A DNA stretch of 47,148 nucleotides from Candidatus Poribacteria bacterium (GCA_009845545.1 VXZK01000303.1:1-47148); one strand, 5' to 3'. Numbered from the stretch's first letter, positions 36,460-46,118 are shown. Notes: generated by a model not told the origin, from the sequence alone. Numbers and translations: made by a program.

Positions 36460-37071
36460 ATGCAAACGCGCGAATGTATTGTAGAAGTTCCGCACCTGAT
36501 TTTAGCCTCTGCATCGCCTCGACGCTCAGCGTTGCTATCACAGATTGGGTTAACATTTAAAATACATCCGAGTGATATTGTTGAACCACCGCCCAACGTC
36601 CACGCAAACAAGCCTGTCAGTGAGGTAACACAAGAACTCGCCTTGCTAAAGGCTACAGCTGTTACACAATATTACGATCACGGTCTGATTCTCGGAGCCG
36701 ATACGTTAGTATCTTTAGATGGGGAACTCCTCGGTAAGCCCACTGACGATGCGGACGCATGGGGGATGTTGTCGCGCCTTAACGGCACTCGCCACGAAGT
36801 TGTGACAGGCGTGGCATTAATTGACGCAGCAACCCGACAGGAGCGGGTTTGGGCAGAAACAACCCAAGTCTACTTTCGGCAGTTACATGCTGCTGAGATA
36901 ACCGCTTATATTGAAAGCGGAGAGACATCAGACAAAGCGGGTGCTTATGGCATTCAAGGACGCGGTGCCGCTTTCGTTCGTCGCATTGAAGGGTGCTATT
37001 TTAATGTCGTTGGACTTCCATTAGCAAGCCTCGTTGAACATCTCTCGGATTTTCAATCCAAAGAAAATTAG
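36460..37071 (+). CDS. maf: Maf-like nucleoside triphosphate pyrophosphatase
   Basis: LILASASPRRSALLSQIGL...GADTLVSLDGELLGKP...SGETSDKAGAYGIQG. Confidence 0.9.
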   Translation: MQTRECIVEVPHLILASASPRRSALLSQIGLTFKIHPSDIVEPPPNVHANKPVSEVTQELALLKATAVTQYYDHGLILGADTLVSLDGELLGKPTDDADAWGMLSRLNGTRHEVVTGVALIDAATRQERVWAETTQVYFRQLHAAEITAYIESGETSDKAGAYGIQGRGAAFVRRIEGCYFNVVGLPLASLVEHLSDFQSKEN

Positions 37072-37191
37072 GAATATCCAAAACCCGTAGTCCGTAATGA
37101 AAAATGAAAGGGTTCTCACTGCGAAGCAGGATTTAAGAAATGCGTGTTAATTGTTAATTGCCCGCTGTTTAACCGCAAAGTAAATTAAAAA

Positions 37192-37860
37192 ATGTCGGCA
37201 TCTAAAAATTACACACCTACCGACGGATACACCGAAATCGTGAAGCCGGGCGAGATGGGCATCACGAAACTCCATTTCGGGATTCTTACCCTTACCTCCA
37301 AATCAACCTTCTTTGATCATTCTGACGATACTGAAGTCGCGCTGATTGCATTAGGCGGAGACTGTACTTTATTGGTCGGACATAACGGCAATAAAGCGTA
37401 CGGGATTTTGGGTGAGCGTCCAAATGTTTTCCAAGGGGAGGCCTGTATCGCATATATCCCACATCACACAACTTATGAAGTTCTCGCAAATGAAACGGGA
37501 GTCGAAATCGCAGTGTGTAAAGTGCCGTCTCACGCGGAATCCGCAGCGATTATCCTTGAGGCGGGTGAGGCAGTAGATGAAGATGAGACGCACCTTAGAA
37601 TTTGGGAGAATGTCTTTTCAGATGATTCGGCAGCAAGCGTCAGAGATACCCCAACAATACCTGACGCATCGGAAGCGATCTGCCTCCATCGATTCCGAAA
37701 TGCAGATGGTGTTGCTGTTTTCAATGTCACGCGTACCACTGAGACGGCACGCGTGCAATTGTATCACAACGATGTGTTCGCTGTTCCAGAGCAGAATAGC
37801 ATTGTGTTGCTAACGTCTGAAGGCGTTGGCTACCAGTTGTGGGTACAGCCAAATTTGTGA
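37192..37860 (+). CDS. Hypothetical cupin-fold protein (weak IolB/KduI-like resemblance)
   Basis: 222-aa ORF. The N-terminal half pattern (LHFGILTL...DTEVALIALGGDCTLLV...GERPNVFQGEACIAYIP) loosely recalls 5-deoxy-glucuronate isomerase. Confidence 0.35.
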   Translation: MSASKNYTPTDGYTEIVKPGEMGITKLHFGILTLTSKSTFFDHSDDTEVALIALGGDCTLLVGHNGNKAYGILGERPNVFQGEACIAYIPHHTTYEVLANETGVEIAVCKVPSHAESAAIILEAGEAVDEDETHLRIWENVFSDDSAASVRDTPTIPDASEAICLHRFRNADGVAVFNVTRTTETARVQLYHNDVFAVPEQNSIVLLTSEGVGYQLWVQPNL

Positions 37861-37889
37861 TAGTTCGACACTAATAGGAGAAAAATGCC

Positions 37890-38762
37890 ATGAACGAACC
37901 CCAATTTACTCGGCATCCAACGGAAATATTTGGTTACCCTTTTACTAACAAAGACTCGGTTGTACAAGCGAAACGTGAGGAACAGTTCTGTCCCTTTTTA
38001 AATGGTGAATGTAAAAAACCTCGAAAAAGTCAACCTGAAGTTAAAATTGGGGTTTGCACGCTTGGCTACAAAGGCAAGTTTCTTGAAAAGATAACGCCTG
38101 TTATTGTATGCCCCCACCGTCTTGAAGAAGCAATCGTCTACGATACGCTTAAGGAATTATACTTTGGCGATTTGCCGGATAGTTATCAGATAAGATGGGC
38201 ATCTGAAGTGTCTTGCGGGGTGGCAGGAAGTATTGATTTTGTCGCCGCCAAAATGAAAGAAGAAGAAATAGAAGATTTTTTGTGTGTTGAATTTCAGGCA
38301 GCTGGAACGACTGGAACGCCTTGGCCAGCAGTTATAGACTTTAAACAGACTGGGCACTTTCAAAAGGAAACTTATAAATATGGAATCAATTGGGCGAATG
38401 AGTTTGTCAAAACAATGATGCAGCAGGTTTATAAAAAGGGAATGGTGATGGAGAGTTGGGGCAAAAAAATTGTGTTTGTCATTCAAGATGTCGGGTTGGC
38501 TTATATTCAGTCTACTACTGATGCCCAGGATTTACGTGAGGCGACGGATAACGATGCTATCCATTTTTGTACATTTCGGATGATATGGGATAAAAGTTCA
38601 AAGGCTTGGCAACTAAAATTTGACAAGCGACTGAGTACAGATATAGAAGGTATTCGGAAAATATTAGGTGGGGCTCCTGAAGATGAATTTCCCACCATCA
38701 GCGAGTTTGAAAAGAATATCAACAAGCGATTAAAATTACCAGGTCAATTGAGCGGGGTTTAA
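37890..38762 (+). CDS. NotI-family type II restriction endonuclease (putative)
   Basis: N-terminal four-Cys cluster (CPF...ECKK...GVC...VCPHR) and an IDFVAAK...VEFQAAG (D...ExQ) core resemble NotI features (CPF...GVC...VCPNR; LEIQTMD) as I recall them. Adjacent to a methyltransferase. Confidence 0.6.
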   Translation: MNEPQFTRHPTEIFGYPFTNKDSVVQAKREEQFCPFLNGECKKPRKSQPEVKIGVCTLGYKGKFLEKITPVIVCPHRLEEAIVYDTLKELYFGDLPDSYQIRWASEVSCGVAGSIDFVAAKMKEEEIEDFLCVEFQAAGTTGTPWPAVIDFKQTGHFQKETYKYGINWANEFVKTMMQQVYKKGMVMESWGKKIVFVIQDVGLAYIQSTTDAQDLREATDNDAIHFCTFRMIWDKSSKAWQLKFDKRLSTDIEGIRKILGGAPEDEFPTISEFEKNINKRLKLPGQLSGV

Positions 38763-39803
38763 CCGATTTCTGGCGATTTCTACGTATTCTTCGCTTAGCT
38801 CAATTCCAAGTCCTTGTCTATTGAGTTGATTGGCAGCTATTAAGGTACTTCCTGTGCCCATAAAAGGATCGAGGATAACGCTGCCGATTCGACTGGTCGC
38901 TTTAATCGGCAATTCCAATAACTCAGTCGGAAATACAGCGTAGTGCACATCTTTTCTCCATTCATCCTCTGGAACAATGTTCCAAATATCAGAGGGTAAA
39001 TGCCCTTTGGCGGTGCTTGTCATAATATAAAAGCCTTTTGTTTTTAATTCTTTGGCGCGTCCGCTAACCTCCAAATTGTCGCTGTGGTAGGTGCGTTGTG
39101 CGCCTCTAATTGTCATTCTAAAATCGACTAGCTCGCCTACCTTTATTTTCTCTAACGTCTGATCAAGTGTTTTTATCGCTGCTGCGCGTTCTTGTTCATT
39201 TAATTCCTTAGATTCAAGAATCTGTCTACGATATTTTTTCCCGCTAACGCCTGTAGCAGAAATAATTTTTTTGCCATTGATTTTTGGAAGTTTTTTCGGT
39301 TTAATCCTGATAGCGTCAGTGTCGTAATAATACTTTTTACTTTTGACAAAGTGAAAGATGTGTTCATGAACATCTCTGAGTCTATCCTTCGCACTTTGTG
39401 TTCCTTTCATTTGATGCCATATAACATCATTGCGAAGTATCCATCCATTGTTTTGCAAAGCGAGAGCGACCCGCCAAGGCATTCCCATTAGATTTTTGTT
39501 ATGGTATTTATCGCCAAGATTCAACCATACTGAGCCATCCGATTTTAATACCCGCTTTATCTGGAGAAAGATTCCAGCAAGTCTTTTCACATATTCTTCA
39601 GGTGTTTTTTCCTCACCAATCATCGAATCCGCATCGTTTCCATTGGTGCGATATTTTCTCATTTGCCAATACGGAGGCGAAGTAATAACGCAATCAATGC
39701 TTTCATCGGGGATTTCAGCCAAGATATCTTTACAATTTCCTGTCAATAACCCGTTTTTCTGATTTTTATCAAGGACCTTGGAAATTATCTGTTGATTTGT
39801 CAT
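38736..39803 (-). CDS. Site-specific DNA methyltransferase (N4-cytosine/N6-adenine, beta class)
   Basis: Motif IV ITSPPYW lies N-terminal to motif I DPFMGTGSTLIAA. SPPY favours N4-cytosine specificity. The 3' end overlaps the endonuclease 3' end by 27 nt. Confidence 0.9.
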   Translation of the reverse strand: MTNQQIISKVLDKNQKNGLLTGNCKDILAEIPDESIDCVITSPPYWQMRKYRTNGNDADSMIGEEKTPEEYVKRLAGIFLQIKRVLKSDGSVWLNLGDKYHNKNLMGMPWRVALALQNNGWILRNDVIWHQMKGTQSAKDRLRDVHEHIFHFVKSKKYYYDTDAIRIKPKKLPKINGKKIISATGVSGKKYRRQILESKELNEQERAAAIKTLDQTLEKIKVGELVDFRMTIRGAQRTYHSDNLEVSGRAKELKTKGFYIMTSTAKGHLPSDIWNIVPEDEWRKDVHYAVFPTELLELPIKATSRIGSVILDPFMGTGSTLIAANQLNRQGLGIELSEEYVEIARNRLNPAQLTW

Positions 39804-39975
39804 GTTAATGTTTCCTTCTGAATTGCAGTAAAATTTAATCAGAACGTACAGCGAGGGCCACACCCTTTACTGGAAAGAGCACTAAAGCATAGAGTTTGGC
39901 CGAAAAAGTAATAAAAAATCAGTTGTACTGCACTGTTTTGTTATATCTGAAATTATAGGCGAAAATCGTGTTTCC

Positions 39976-40002
39976 GTAGGCGCAGTTTGAAGCCGCGCCT
40001 AC
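39976..40002 (+). repeat. GTAG-headed REP-like hairpin
   Basis: CCGTAGGCGC-agtttgaagcc-GCGCCTAC, between yajC and the methyltransferase gene. Confidence 0.5.
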
Positions 40003-40023
40003 AAGGTAAAGATAGACGTAGTA

Positions 40024-40326
40024 CTACTCACCTTCAATGAGTTCGCCACCTTTTTTCAGAAAAGCGACAGCACTCCGGGAAATTTGAACCTTTACCTCTT
40101 GATTATTCAATTCTCCGACGACAATGAGAATCGTGTTTTTATCATTACTGAGCCCAAGAATCTTGCCGTGAAGCCCGCCGTTGGTTACGATTTCATCGCC
40201 TTTAGACAGATTTTCCAGCATATTCTGGTGTTTTTTGCGTTTAGCTTGTTCAGGTCGGAATAGCAGAAAATAAAAAATTGCCCCTATTGCGATAAACGGA
40301 ACGAGCATACCTGTTATTGCGTCCAT
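40024..40326 (-). CDS. yajC: Preprotein translocase subunit YajC
   Basis: 100 aa. FYFLLFRPEQAKRKKHQNMLENLSKGDEIVTNGGLHGKI. Confidence 0.9.
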   Translation of the reverse strand: MDAITGMLVPFIAIGAIFYFLLFRPEQAKRKKHQNMLENLSKGDEIVTNGGLHGKILGLSNDKNTILIVVGELNNQEVKVQISRSAVAFLKKGGELIEGE

Positions 40327-40335
40327 AAGTGTCTC

Positions 40336-41370
40336 CTAAAGAATCAGCATGGCATCGCCATAACTGTAAAAACGGTAGTTGTGTTGGAGTGCCTCTTGAT
40401 ACGCTTTCTGAATCAAATCACGTCCAGCGAAGGCACTCACAAGCATGAGTAAGGTTGATTTCGGTAGATGGAAGTTCGTAACCAATGCATCTACCACGTT
40501 AAATTGGTGTCCGGGATAGATAAAAAGTTCGCTATAGCCGCTATAAGGACAGACAGTTCCCGTTGCACCAGCCGTTTCGAGCGAACGCACCACTGTCGTC
40601 CCGATAGCAACAATTTTCGCCCCCGCATCCCGTGCCGTGCGAATTCGGTTCGCTTCTGCTTCAGTGAGGTGCATATATTCAGCGTGCATCTTGTGCGTCT
40701 GAATATTGTCGACTTTCACCGGTTGGAACGTTCCAGGTCCGACATGCAGTGTTAACGTTGCTATCTCTATCCCGTTACTTTTCAATTTCGCCAATAATTC
40801 TTGTGTAAAATGCAGCCCCGCTGTCGGGGCAGCGATGGCACCTTCACTCGCCGCGTAGACTGACTGATAGCGTACCTTATCTTCGGCATTCGGTGGACGG
40901 CGAATATAAGGCGGTAAAGGTATCATGCCGACATCTGTGAGGATGCTCAAAAACGCGTCGTTAGGGGCATAGTCAAAGCGAACGATACAGTGCCCATCAT
41001 CTGGTTTCGCAAGCACCTCGGCTATCAGTTTACTGTTACCGAACGCTACTTGTGTACCGATTCGGAGGCTCCGCCGCGGCTTCGCGAGCACTTCCCAAGT
41101 ATCCGGTTCCTTTTCGCGGATGAGCAGGAGTTCTATCTTGCCGCCGGTTCCAATCTTATGACCGATTAACCGTGCAGGGATAACCTGCGTATCGTTCAGA
41201 ACTAACACGGTTTTGCTCGGTAAGTAGTCCCCAATCTGCGAAAACTGGATATGATGAAAAGCACAGGTGTCACGGTCAACTACCAAAAGTCGTGATGCAT
41301 CACGCTGTTGAAGCGGGCTTTGCGCGATCCGATCAGGAGGGAGGTGGTAATCGAAATCTGTGAGTTTCAT
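40336..41370 (-). CDS. queA: S-adenosylmethionine:tRNA ribosyltransferase-isomerase
   Basis: MKLTDFDYHLPPDRIAQSPLQQRDASRLLVV...PLPPYI...GAIAAPTAGLHFT. Confidence 0.95.
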   Translation of the reverse strand: MKLTDFDYHLPPDRIAQSPLQQRDASRLLVVDRDTCAFHHIQFSQIGDYLPSKTVLVLNDTQVIPARLIGHKIGTGGKIELLLIREKEPDTWEVLAKPRRSLRIGTQVAFGNSKLIAEVLAKPDDGHCIVRFDYAPNDAFLSILTDVGMIPLPPYIRRPPNAEDKVRYQSVYAASEGAIAAPTAGLHFTQELLAKLKSNGIEIATLTLHVGPGTFQPVKVDNIQTHKMHAEYMHLTEAEANRIRTARDAGAKIVAIGTTVVRSLETAGATGTVCPYSGYSELFIYPGHQFNVVDALVTNFHLPKSTLLMLVSAFAGRDLIQKAYQEALQHNYRFYSYGDAMLIL

Positions 41371-41402
41371 AACTATGGGTGAAATAGAGACCTTGCCAGA
41401 AT

Positions 41403-42413
41403 TTAAAAAGAATTAAACAACGATGCCTGCGAACTTACGGGATAGTTAAAGTACGCATAAGCTGCATCCGTTGCGACCCGTCCTCCGGGTGTCAACGCTA
41501 AGAACCCCTCTTTAATATAGTAAGGTTCGTAAACCTCTGAAATAGTGCGTTCATCCTCACTGAGCGCGACAGCGAGTGCTTTAAGCCCCGCACGTCCGCT
41601 GAAATTCTCAATGAGTGTCTGAAAGTAGGCGTAATCCTGGGCGTTTAATCCACGTTCGTCAATTCCAAAGAATTCGAGTGCCTCCTCTGCTATTTCAAGC
41701 GAAAGTATACCATCGCCTTTGACTTCAGCATAATCCCTAACGTTGGCGAGTAGTTTGTTGGCAATGCGCATCGTGCCGCGCGAGCGGCGAGCTAAGGCAT
41801 ATTCTGCGTCTTCATCGGTATTAATCTTGAGCTTTTCACTGTTGATACGGATTGCCTGTTGGATGTCTTCTGCTGCATAATAATCAAGGTGAATGCGAAT
41901 ACCAAACCGATCTCGGAAAGGACCGGCTAACAAGCCTTCGCGCGTTGTCGCCCCAACGAGTGTAAATGGATCCAGCGGTACTTGCATAACATCCGACCCT
42001 GGACCTTGACCGATCGTTAAATCGAGTTGATAATCTTCCATCGCGGGATAGAGTGATTCTTGCACATACCCTTTCACCCGGTGGATTTCATCAATAAAGA
42101 GAATATCTCCCTTTTCGAGATTCGTCAGGGTTGAGGCTAAATCTAACTTTTCCATAACAGGCCCGATCGCCTGTTTAAAATTACTCTGAATCTCATTCGC
42201 GATGATTCTTGCGAGTGTCGTCTTCCCCAGACCCGGTGGACTCACAAGGAGGACGTGCTCCAAGGCTTCGCTGCGCTGTTTGGCGGCTTCAATGTGGATG
42301 CGAAGCTGCTCTTTCGCTTTCTCCTGTCCGATAAATTCGTTCAACGTTTTCGGACGAAGACTATATCCGAAATCATCATCTTCAGATAAATCTAATATTT
42401 TATCGTTATCCAT
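41403..42413 (-). CDS. ruvB: Holliday junction branch migration helicase RuvB
   Basis: LRPKTLNEFIGQEKAKEQL...LLVSPPGLGKTTLA...LFIDEIHR... Confidence 0.95.
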   Translation of the reverse strand: MDNDKILDLSEDDDFGYSLRPKTLNEFIGQEKAKEQLRIHIEAAKQRSEALEHVLLVSPPGLGKTTLARIIANEIQSNFKQAIGPVMEKLDLASTLTNLEKGDILFIDEIHRVKGYVQESLYPAMEDYQLDLTIGQGPGSDVMQVPLDPFTLVGATTREGLLAGPFRDRFGIRIHLDYYAAEDIQQAIRINSEKLKINTDEDAEYALARRSRGTMRIANKLLANVRDYAEVKGDGILSLEIAEEALEFFGIDERGLNAQDYAYFQTLIENFSGRAGLKALAVALSEDERTISEVYEPYYIKEGFLALTPGGRVATDAAYAYFNYPVSSQASLFNSF

Positions 42414-42430
42414 TTCGTTTTGTCCTTGGA

Positions 42431-42499
42431 TAGTTTTCAGTTATCAGTTACAAGAGAGGTTCGTTAAACGAAAAGCTCTTACCTAACAACTGAAAACTA
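42431..42499. repeat. Nested palindrome in the ruvA-ruvB intergenic region
   Basis: Outer 12-bp IR TAGTTTTCAGTT (42431-42442) / AACTGAAAACTA (42488-42499). Middle AAGAG (42452-42456) / CTCTT (42476-42480). Inner TTCGTT (42460-42465) / AACGAA (42467-42472). Confidence 0.55.
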
Positions 42500-42503
42500 A
42501 AAA

Positions 42504-43100
42504 CTAATTTCGGATATAACGCAGTGCCTGTTTGATTAAGTTTTCCCGTTGTGCAGAGTCCCCGAGGACTTTTTGTGCTTTTTCGACGGCTTGTTCTGCT
42601 TCAAGTTCTGATGCACCAAGATTCACAAGCATTTCGATTACCCCCGCATCTGGATCCATGGATTTTGAAGAGTCGGTGTCGCCTTCAAATTTCATTTTCG
42701 CGATATTCTTTTTCAGTTTAGTAATGATAACTTGCGCAAGGTCTTTGCTTAAACGTGGCACCCGCATCAATGTAGTAAGTTCCTCGCGGTTAACAGCACG
42801 TTGGAATTGTAAAGGTGACAACCGCGCAACGATGTTTTGCGCGAGTGCCGGTCCGACACCGGACACAGTCAGTGCCAATTCAAAAACTTTGAGTGCATCC
42901 CGTGAAAGAAACCCGTAGAGCGTAATCTTGTTTTCACGGTTTTGGGAATAATATGTATAGAAGGTAACGGTATCACCTATCGGGGGTAAACCCGTTACAA
43001 CTCTCGGTGGTACGTCAAGCATATACCCGATACCGTTGACATCTACAATAACCTGTTTTGTCTCTTTATGGACGATAATGCCTTTGATATAAGCGATCAT
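42504..43100 (-). CDS. ruvA: Holliday junction DNA-binding protein RuvA
   Basis: MIAYIKGIIVHKETKQVIVDVNGIGY...LYGF...FELALTVSGVGPALA. Confidence 0.9.
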   Translation of the reverse strand: MIAYIKGIIVHKETKQVIVDVNGIGYMLDVPPRVVTGLPPIGDTVTFYTYYSQNRENKITLYGFLSRDALKVFELALTVSGVGPALAQNIVARLSPLQFQRAVNREELTTLMRVPRLSKDLAQVIITKLKKNIAKMKFEGDTDSSKSMDPDAGVIEMLVNLGASELEAEQAVEKAQKVLGDSAQRENLIKQALRYIRN

Positions 43101-43133
43101 CTTAACATTCCTTTGGACAGAGGGACGCGAAAG

Positions 43134-43673
43134 CTACTGCGTCAATTTTTTACGGAGTTCAAGCACTTTATAAGAACGCGCATGGCAAAGTGTAAGTGCA
43201 AGCGCATCTGCCGCGTGATCCGGGCGAGGCGGTTCCTTAAGTTTCAGCAATACCTGCACCATCTTTTGCATCTGCGGTTTCGTGGCTTTTCCGTAACCAA
43301 CAATCGCCTGTTTAACTTGCGTAGGCGTGTATAGTGTAACCGGACAATCCGCATTTGCCGCCGCAAGTTTCACGATGCCCTTGACTTCGCCAACGGCGAA
43401 GGCACTGCTTACGTTTTTACTAAAAAAAATATCCTCAAGAACGACACTCTCAATAGCGTGTTCCGCAATCAAACGCGTTACGGCATCGTAAATTTGTTTC
43501 AGTCGTACTTCCGATGCTGTTTTCGGACTGGTCCTAATATTGCCGAAGTCCCGCGGGGTATGGCGATTCGCCTGAGATTCAACCACGCCGTATCCAGTAT
43601 TCGCAATGCCGGGGTCAATGCCAAGAATTATTTTTTTAGGGTGCCTTGCGGTTGCAGGAGGTGGATTTTGCAT
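43134..43673 (-). CDS. ruvC: Crossover junction endodeoxyribonuclease RuvC
   Basis: ILGIDPGIANTGYGVVE...VLEDIFF...VKQAIVGYGKATKPQMQ...HAADALALTLCH. Confidence 0.9.
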   Translation of the reverse strand: MQNPPPATARHPKKIILGIDPGIANTGYGVVESQANRHTPRDFGNIRTSPKTASEVRLKQIYDAVTRLIAEHAIESVVLEDIFFSKNVSSAFAVGEVKGIVKLAAANADCPVTLYTPTQVKQAIVGYGKATKPQMQKMVQVLLKLKEPPRPDHAADALALTLCHARSYKVLELRKKLTQ

Positions 43674-43693
43674 TTGATGTCCCTTTCCACAGA

Positions 43694-44440
43694 TTACGCT
43701 GCAGCCTCCAAAAGGTTGTCGGGGATATCGAAATTAGCATAAACCTTTTGAACATCATCGAGCTCATCGAGGGCATCCATGAGGCGTAACATCCGTTCCG
43801 CTTCTTTCCCTTCGAGTTTCACCGTATTTTGTGGAATCATGCTAATTTCAGCGAGTTGAACTTCAGCAGATGTTTCCTGGATTGTTGTTAGGATGCTATC
43901 GAACATCTCAAACGGTGTAACGATTTCCATGCCTGTTTCGGAAGCGGTTACATCTTCAGCACCGGCTTCAACCGCGGTCATAAACAATTCTTCTTCATCA
44001 ATGCTGTCAGGTGTGACGACGATCAATCCACATTTATTGAATCCCCATGCGACACAGCCGCGTTCCCCAATTCTGCCTTCGTGTTTGCTAAAGGCATGTC
44101 GGATCGCTGCGACGGCCCGATTCCGGTTGTCCGTCAAGACTTCTATCATCACGGCGACACCACCGGGGCCGTAACCTTCATAGAGAATTTCCTCGTAGGT
44201 TTCACCCTCAAGTTCACCGGTACCCCGAAGAATCGCTTTTGCGATGTTATCGTTGGGGACATTGCTCGATTTTGCGGCGGCAATAGCGGTTCTCAGTCGC
44301 GGGTTAGTGTCTATATCACCACCACCGATCCGCGCAGCCGCTGTAATTTCTTTGACTAACTTTGAGAAAAGTTTACCGCGTCTGGAGTCGTTCGCCGCTT
44401 TTTTATGTTTGATCGTTGACCATTTAGAGTGCCCTGACAT
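43694..44440 (-). CDS. YebC/PmpR family DNA-binding transcriptional regulator
   Basis: MSGHSKWSTIKHKKAANDSRRGKLFSKL...YEGYGPGGVAVMIE. Confidence 0.9.
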   Translation of the reverse strand: MSGHSKWSTIKHKKAANDSRRGKLFSKLVKEITAAARIGGGDIDTNPRLRTAIAAAKSSNVPNDNIAKAILRGTGELEGETYEEILYEGYGPGGVAVMIEVLTDNRNRAVAAIRHAFSKHEGRIGERGCVAWGFNKCGLIVVTPDSIDEEELFMTAVEAGAEDVTASETGMEIVTPFEMFDSILTTIQETSAEVQLAEISMIPQNTVKLEGKEAERMLRLMDALDELDDVQKVYANFDIPDNLLEAAA

Positions 44441-44620
44441 AACCTGTTCCTTTCTGAAGGTGTATAACGCTAAATGTGCGTATGGTATTTCTGGTTACTA
44501 TTCCTCTGAAAACTGAAAGATTTTTTGAAAAAAATCCGACTGACAACTATTCCTCAATTGGACTGGACAAAGATCCGCATCTATGGTACACTTATTACAT
44601 CTCTCGTTTAAGGAGTTTAA

Positions 44621-45412
44621 GTGGGTGCTATGTTACCTTTTGTCTTGAAAATCGCGGATCAACCTATAGAACGCCTGCAGCGTATCAATGCTGAAAGTCA
44701 GTCTATTGACGTTAATGTGCAAGTTGAACTTTACGCCCGGGAGATTAACCGGGCTGATGTGCCGCGTACGCCAGAGGCACGAAGATTAAGCCAAGTAATC
44801 TTGCACGAAGCCACCGAAAACGCTTACACGACCTTTATCGCGTTTCTCCGAAATAATGCTGAACCTGAAGATTTTCTGCCATTTGAACGCCTCGCGCACC
44901 ATCCTTGCCAGCAATATGCATTGATCCTTTCCACCTCGCGTTCCCATGAACTCTTTGAAATCTGCCAGATGCAGCCTGACGCAAACCCCTCTATTTTCCA
45001 CTATGGCGGATACGAAATAACACTCAAACCCCGCAGACACATCTTGGATACTGCAGCTTATTTGGTAGCACCTGATAAATATACACTTTTTATACGGCAG
45101 GTACGAGAAGAAAACACTATTCGGGTCTACCGTAGCGATTTTATTAACCTCGTCGAGAATTCACCACCGCCATTTAAACTGGATACCCGCGATATAATTG
45201 AGAGTCTACAACTCCAACTTGTTGGCCAAAGAGAGCAACCTTTACCTATAGAACAATTGCTTATGTTTCCACCGAGCACCGAAGATACAAACTCGCCTCG
45301 CATTAATAAGTGCCCTGAGTGTGGCGGCAGCGTACGCCGACTCGGTAGAGAAGCCGATTTCTGCTTAGAGTGCGATTGGGATAATTTGCCACCTCTCAGA
45401 CAGGCACGATGA
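44621..45412 (+). CDS. Hypothetical protein with C-terminal zinc ribbon
   Basis: GTG start follows AAGGAG. C-terminus CPECGGSVRRLGREADFCLECDW (CxxC...CxxC). I recognise no family. Confidence 0.45.
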   Translation: MGAMLPFVLKIADQPIERLQRINAESQSIDVNVQVELYAREINRADVPRTPEARRLSQVILHEATENAYTTFIAFLRNNAEPEDFLPFERLAHHPCQQYALILSTSRSHELFEICQMQPDANPSIFHYGGYEITLKPRRHILDTAAYLVAPDKYTLFIRQVREENTIRVYRSDFINLVENSPPPFKLDTRDIIESLQLQLVGQREQPLPIEQLLMFPPSTEDTNSPRINKCPECGGSVRRLGREADFCLECDWDNLPPLRQAR

Positions 45413-45500
45413 CTTACGGCTAAAGCATGGATGCTGTTCCTGTTTATGGAGCGTACGGTAGACGATCTACCAAGTCTGCAAGTCTGTCTAATATTCTGCT

Positions 45501-46115
45501 TCAAGTTTGACTTCCAAGTTGCGCCATATATAGAACAATCACCGTATTCCCAACAGCAAGTACCGCGCCGACAACGGTTTGGAGGAGCGTGTGACGTTTT
45601 CGATAGACCCGCGCCCATGAAATCAATGGAATCAACAGAAATAGCCAGCCGAATTGCGGGTTAACGAGCATGACAAGCACAGTGACACATCCGGTGGCAA
45701 CGCTACTGTGAAAACTGATTTTCCAGATCGGGGTAATCGCCGAGAAAATGATACTATTCGTGATGTAAGCGATACCTGCCCAAACAATTTCACGTGCCGC
45801 ACCGAGCCGATGGAGTAGAACCGTACCGATAATCATACTCACAAGCGTGCAGCATAAAGGTAAGAGCCGTTCCTCTCTGTTCTGCAGATGAAAATCGCTC
45901 ACTTTCGCAAACCGCACCATCAGTGCTATTGAGAGTGCTGGCAATACAGTAACAAATAGCACAACAATCGCTAACCAACGCAGGGCGTTTTGCGGGTCCG
46001 AATGCTTTTGGACAACACCGACAGCCGTGACGATTGGCACCAAAAATGGGCTGAACAGAACAGAGGTTCCCCACGCAATGCCTGCCGGAATTGTTGATAA
46101 ATTGCTACGCACCAT
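45501..46115 (-). CDS. Polytopic membrane protein, PAP2-superfamily-like (putative)
   Basis: ~6 TM helices. SFHSS and ARVYRKRHTLLQ loosely fit PAP2 motifs 2 and 3. Starts 3 nt after the peroxiredoxin stop. Confidence 0.4.
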   Translation of the reverse strand: MVRSNLSTIPAGIAWGTSVLFSPFLVPIVTAVGVVQKHSDPQNALRWLAIVVLFVTVLPALSIALMVRFAKVSDFHLQNREERLLPLCCTLVSMIIGTVLLHRLGAAREIVWAGIAYITNSIIFSAITPIWKISFHSSVATGCVTVLVMLVNPQFGWLFLLIPLISWARVYRKRHTLLQTVVGAVLAVGNTVIVLYMAQLGSQT

Positions 46116-46118
46116 CTA

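Noticed and set aside
45410-45664. Possible fourth read-through: ORF 44621-45412 ends in TGA, and ORF 45431-45664 is in the same frame.
   Set aside because: There is no redox motif around the TGA. The downstream frame overlaps the better-supported minus-strand membrane-protein gene (45501-46115) and has no recognisable features.
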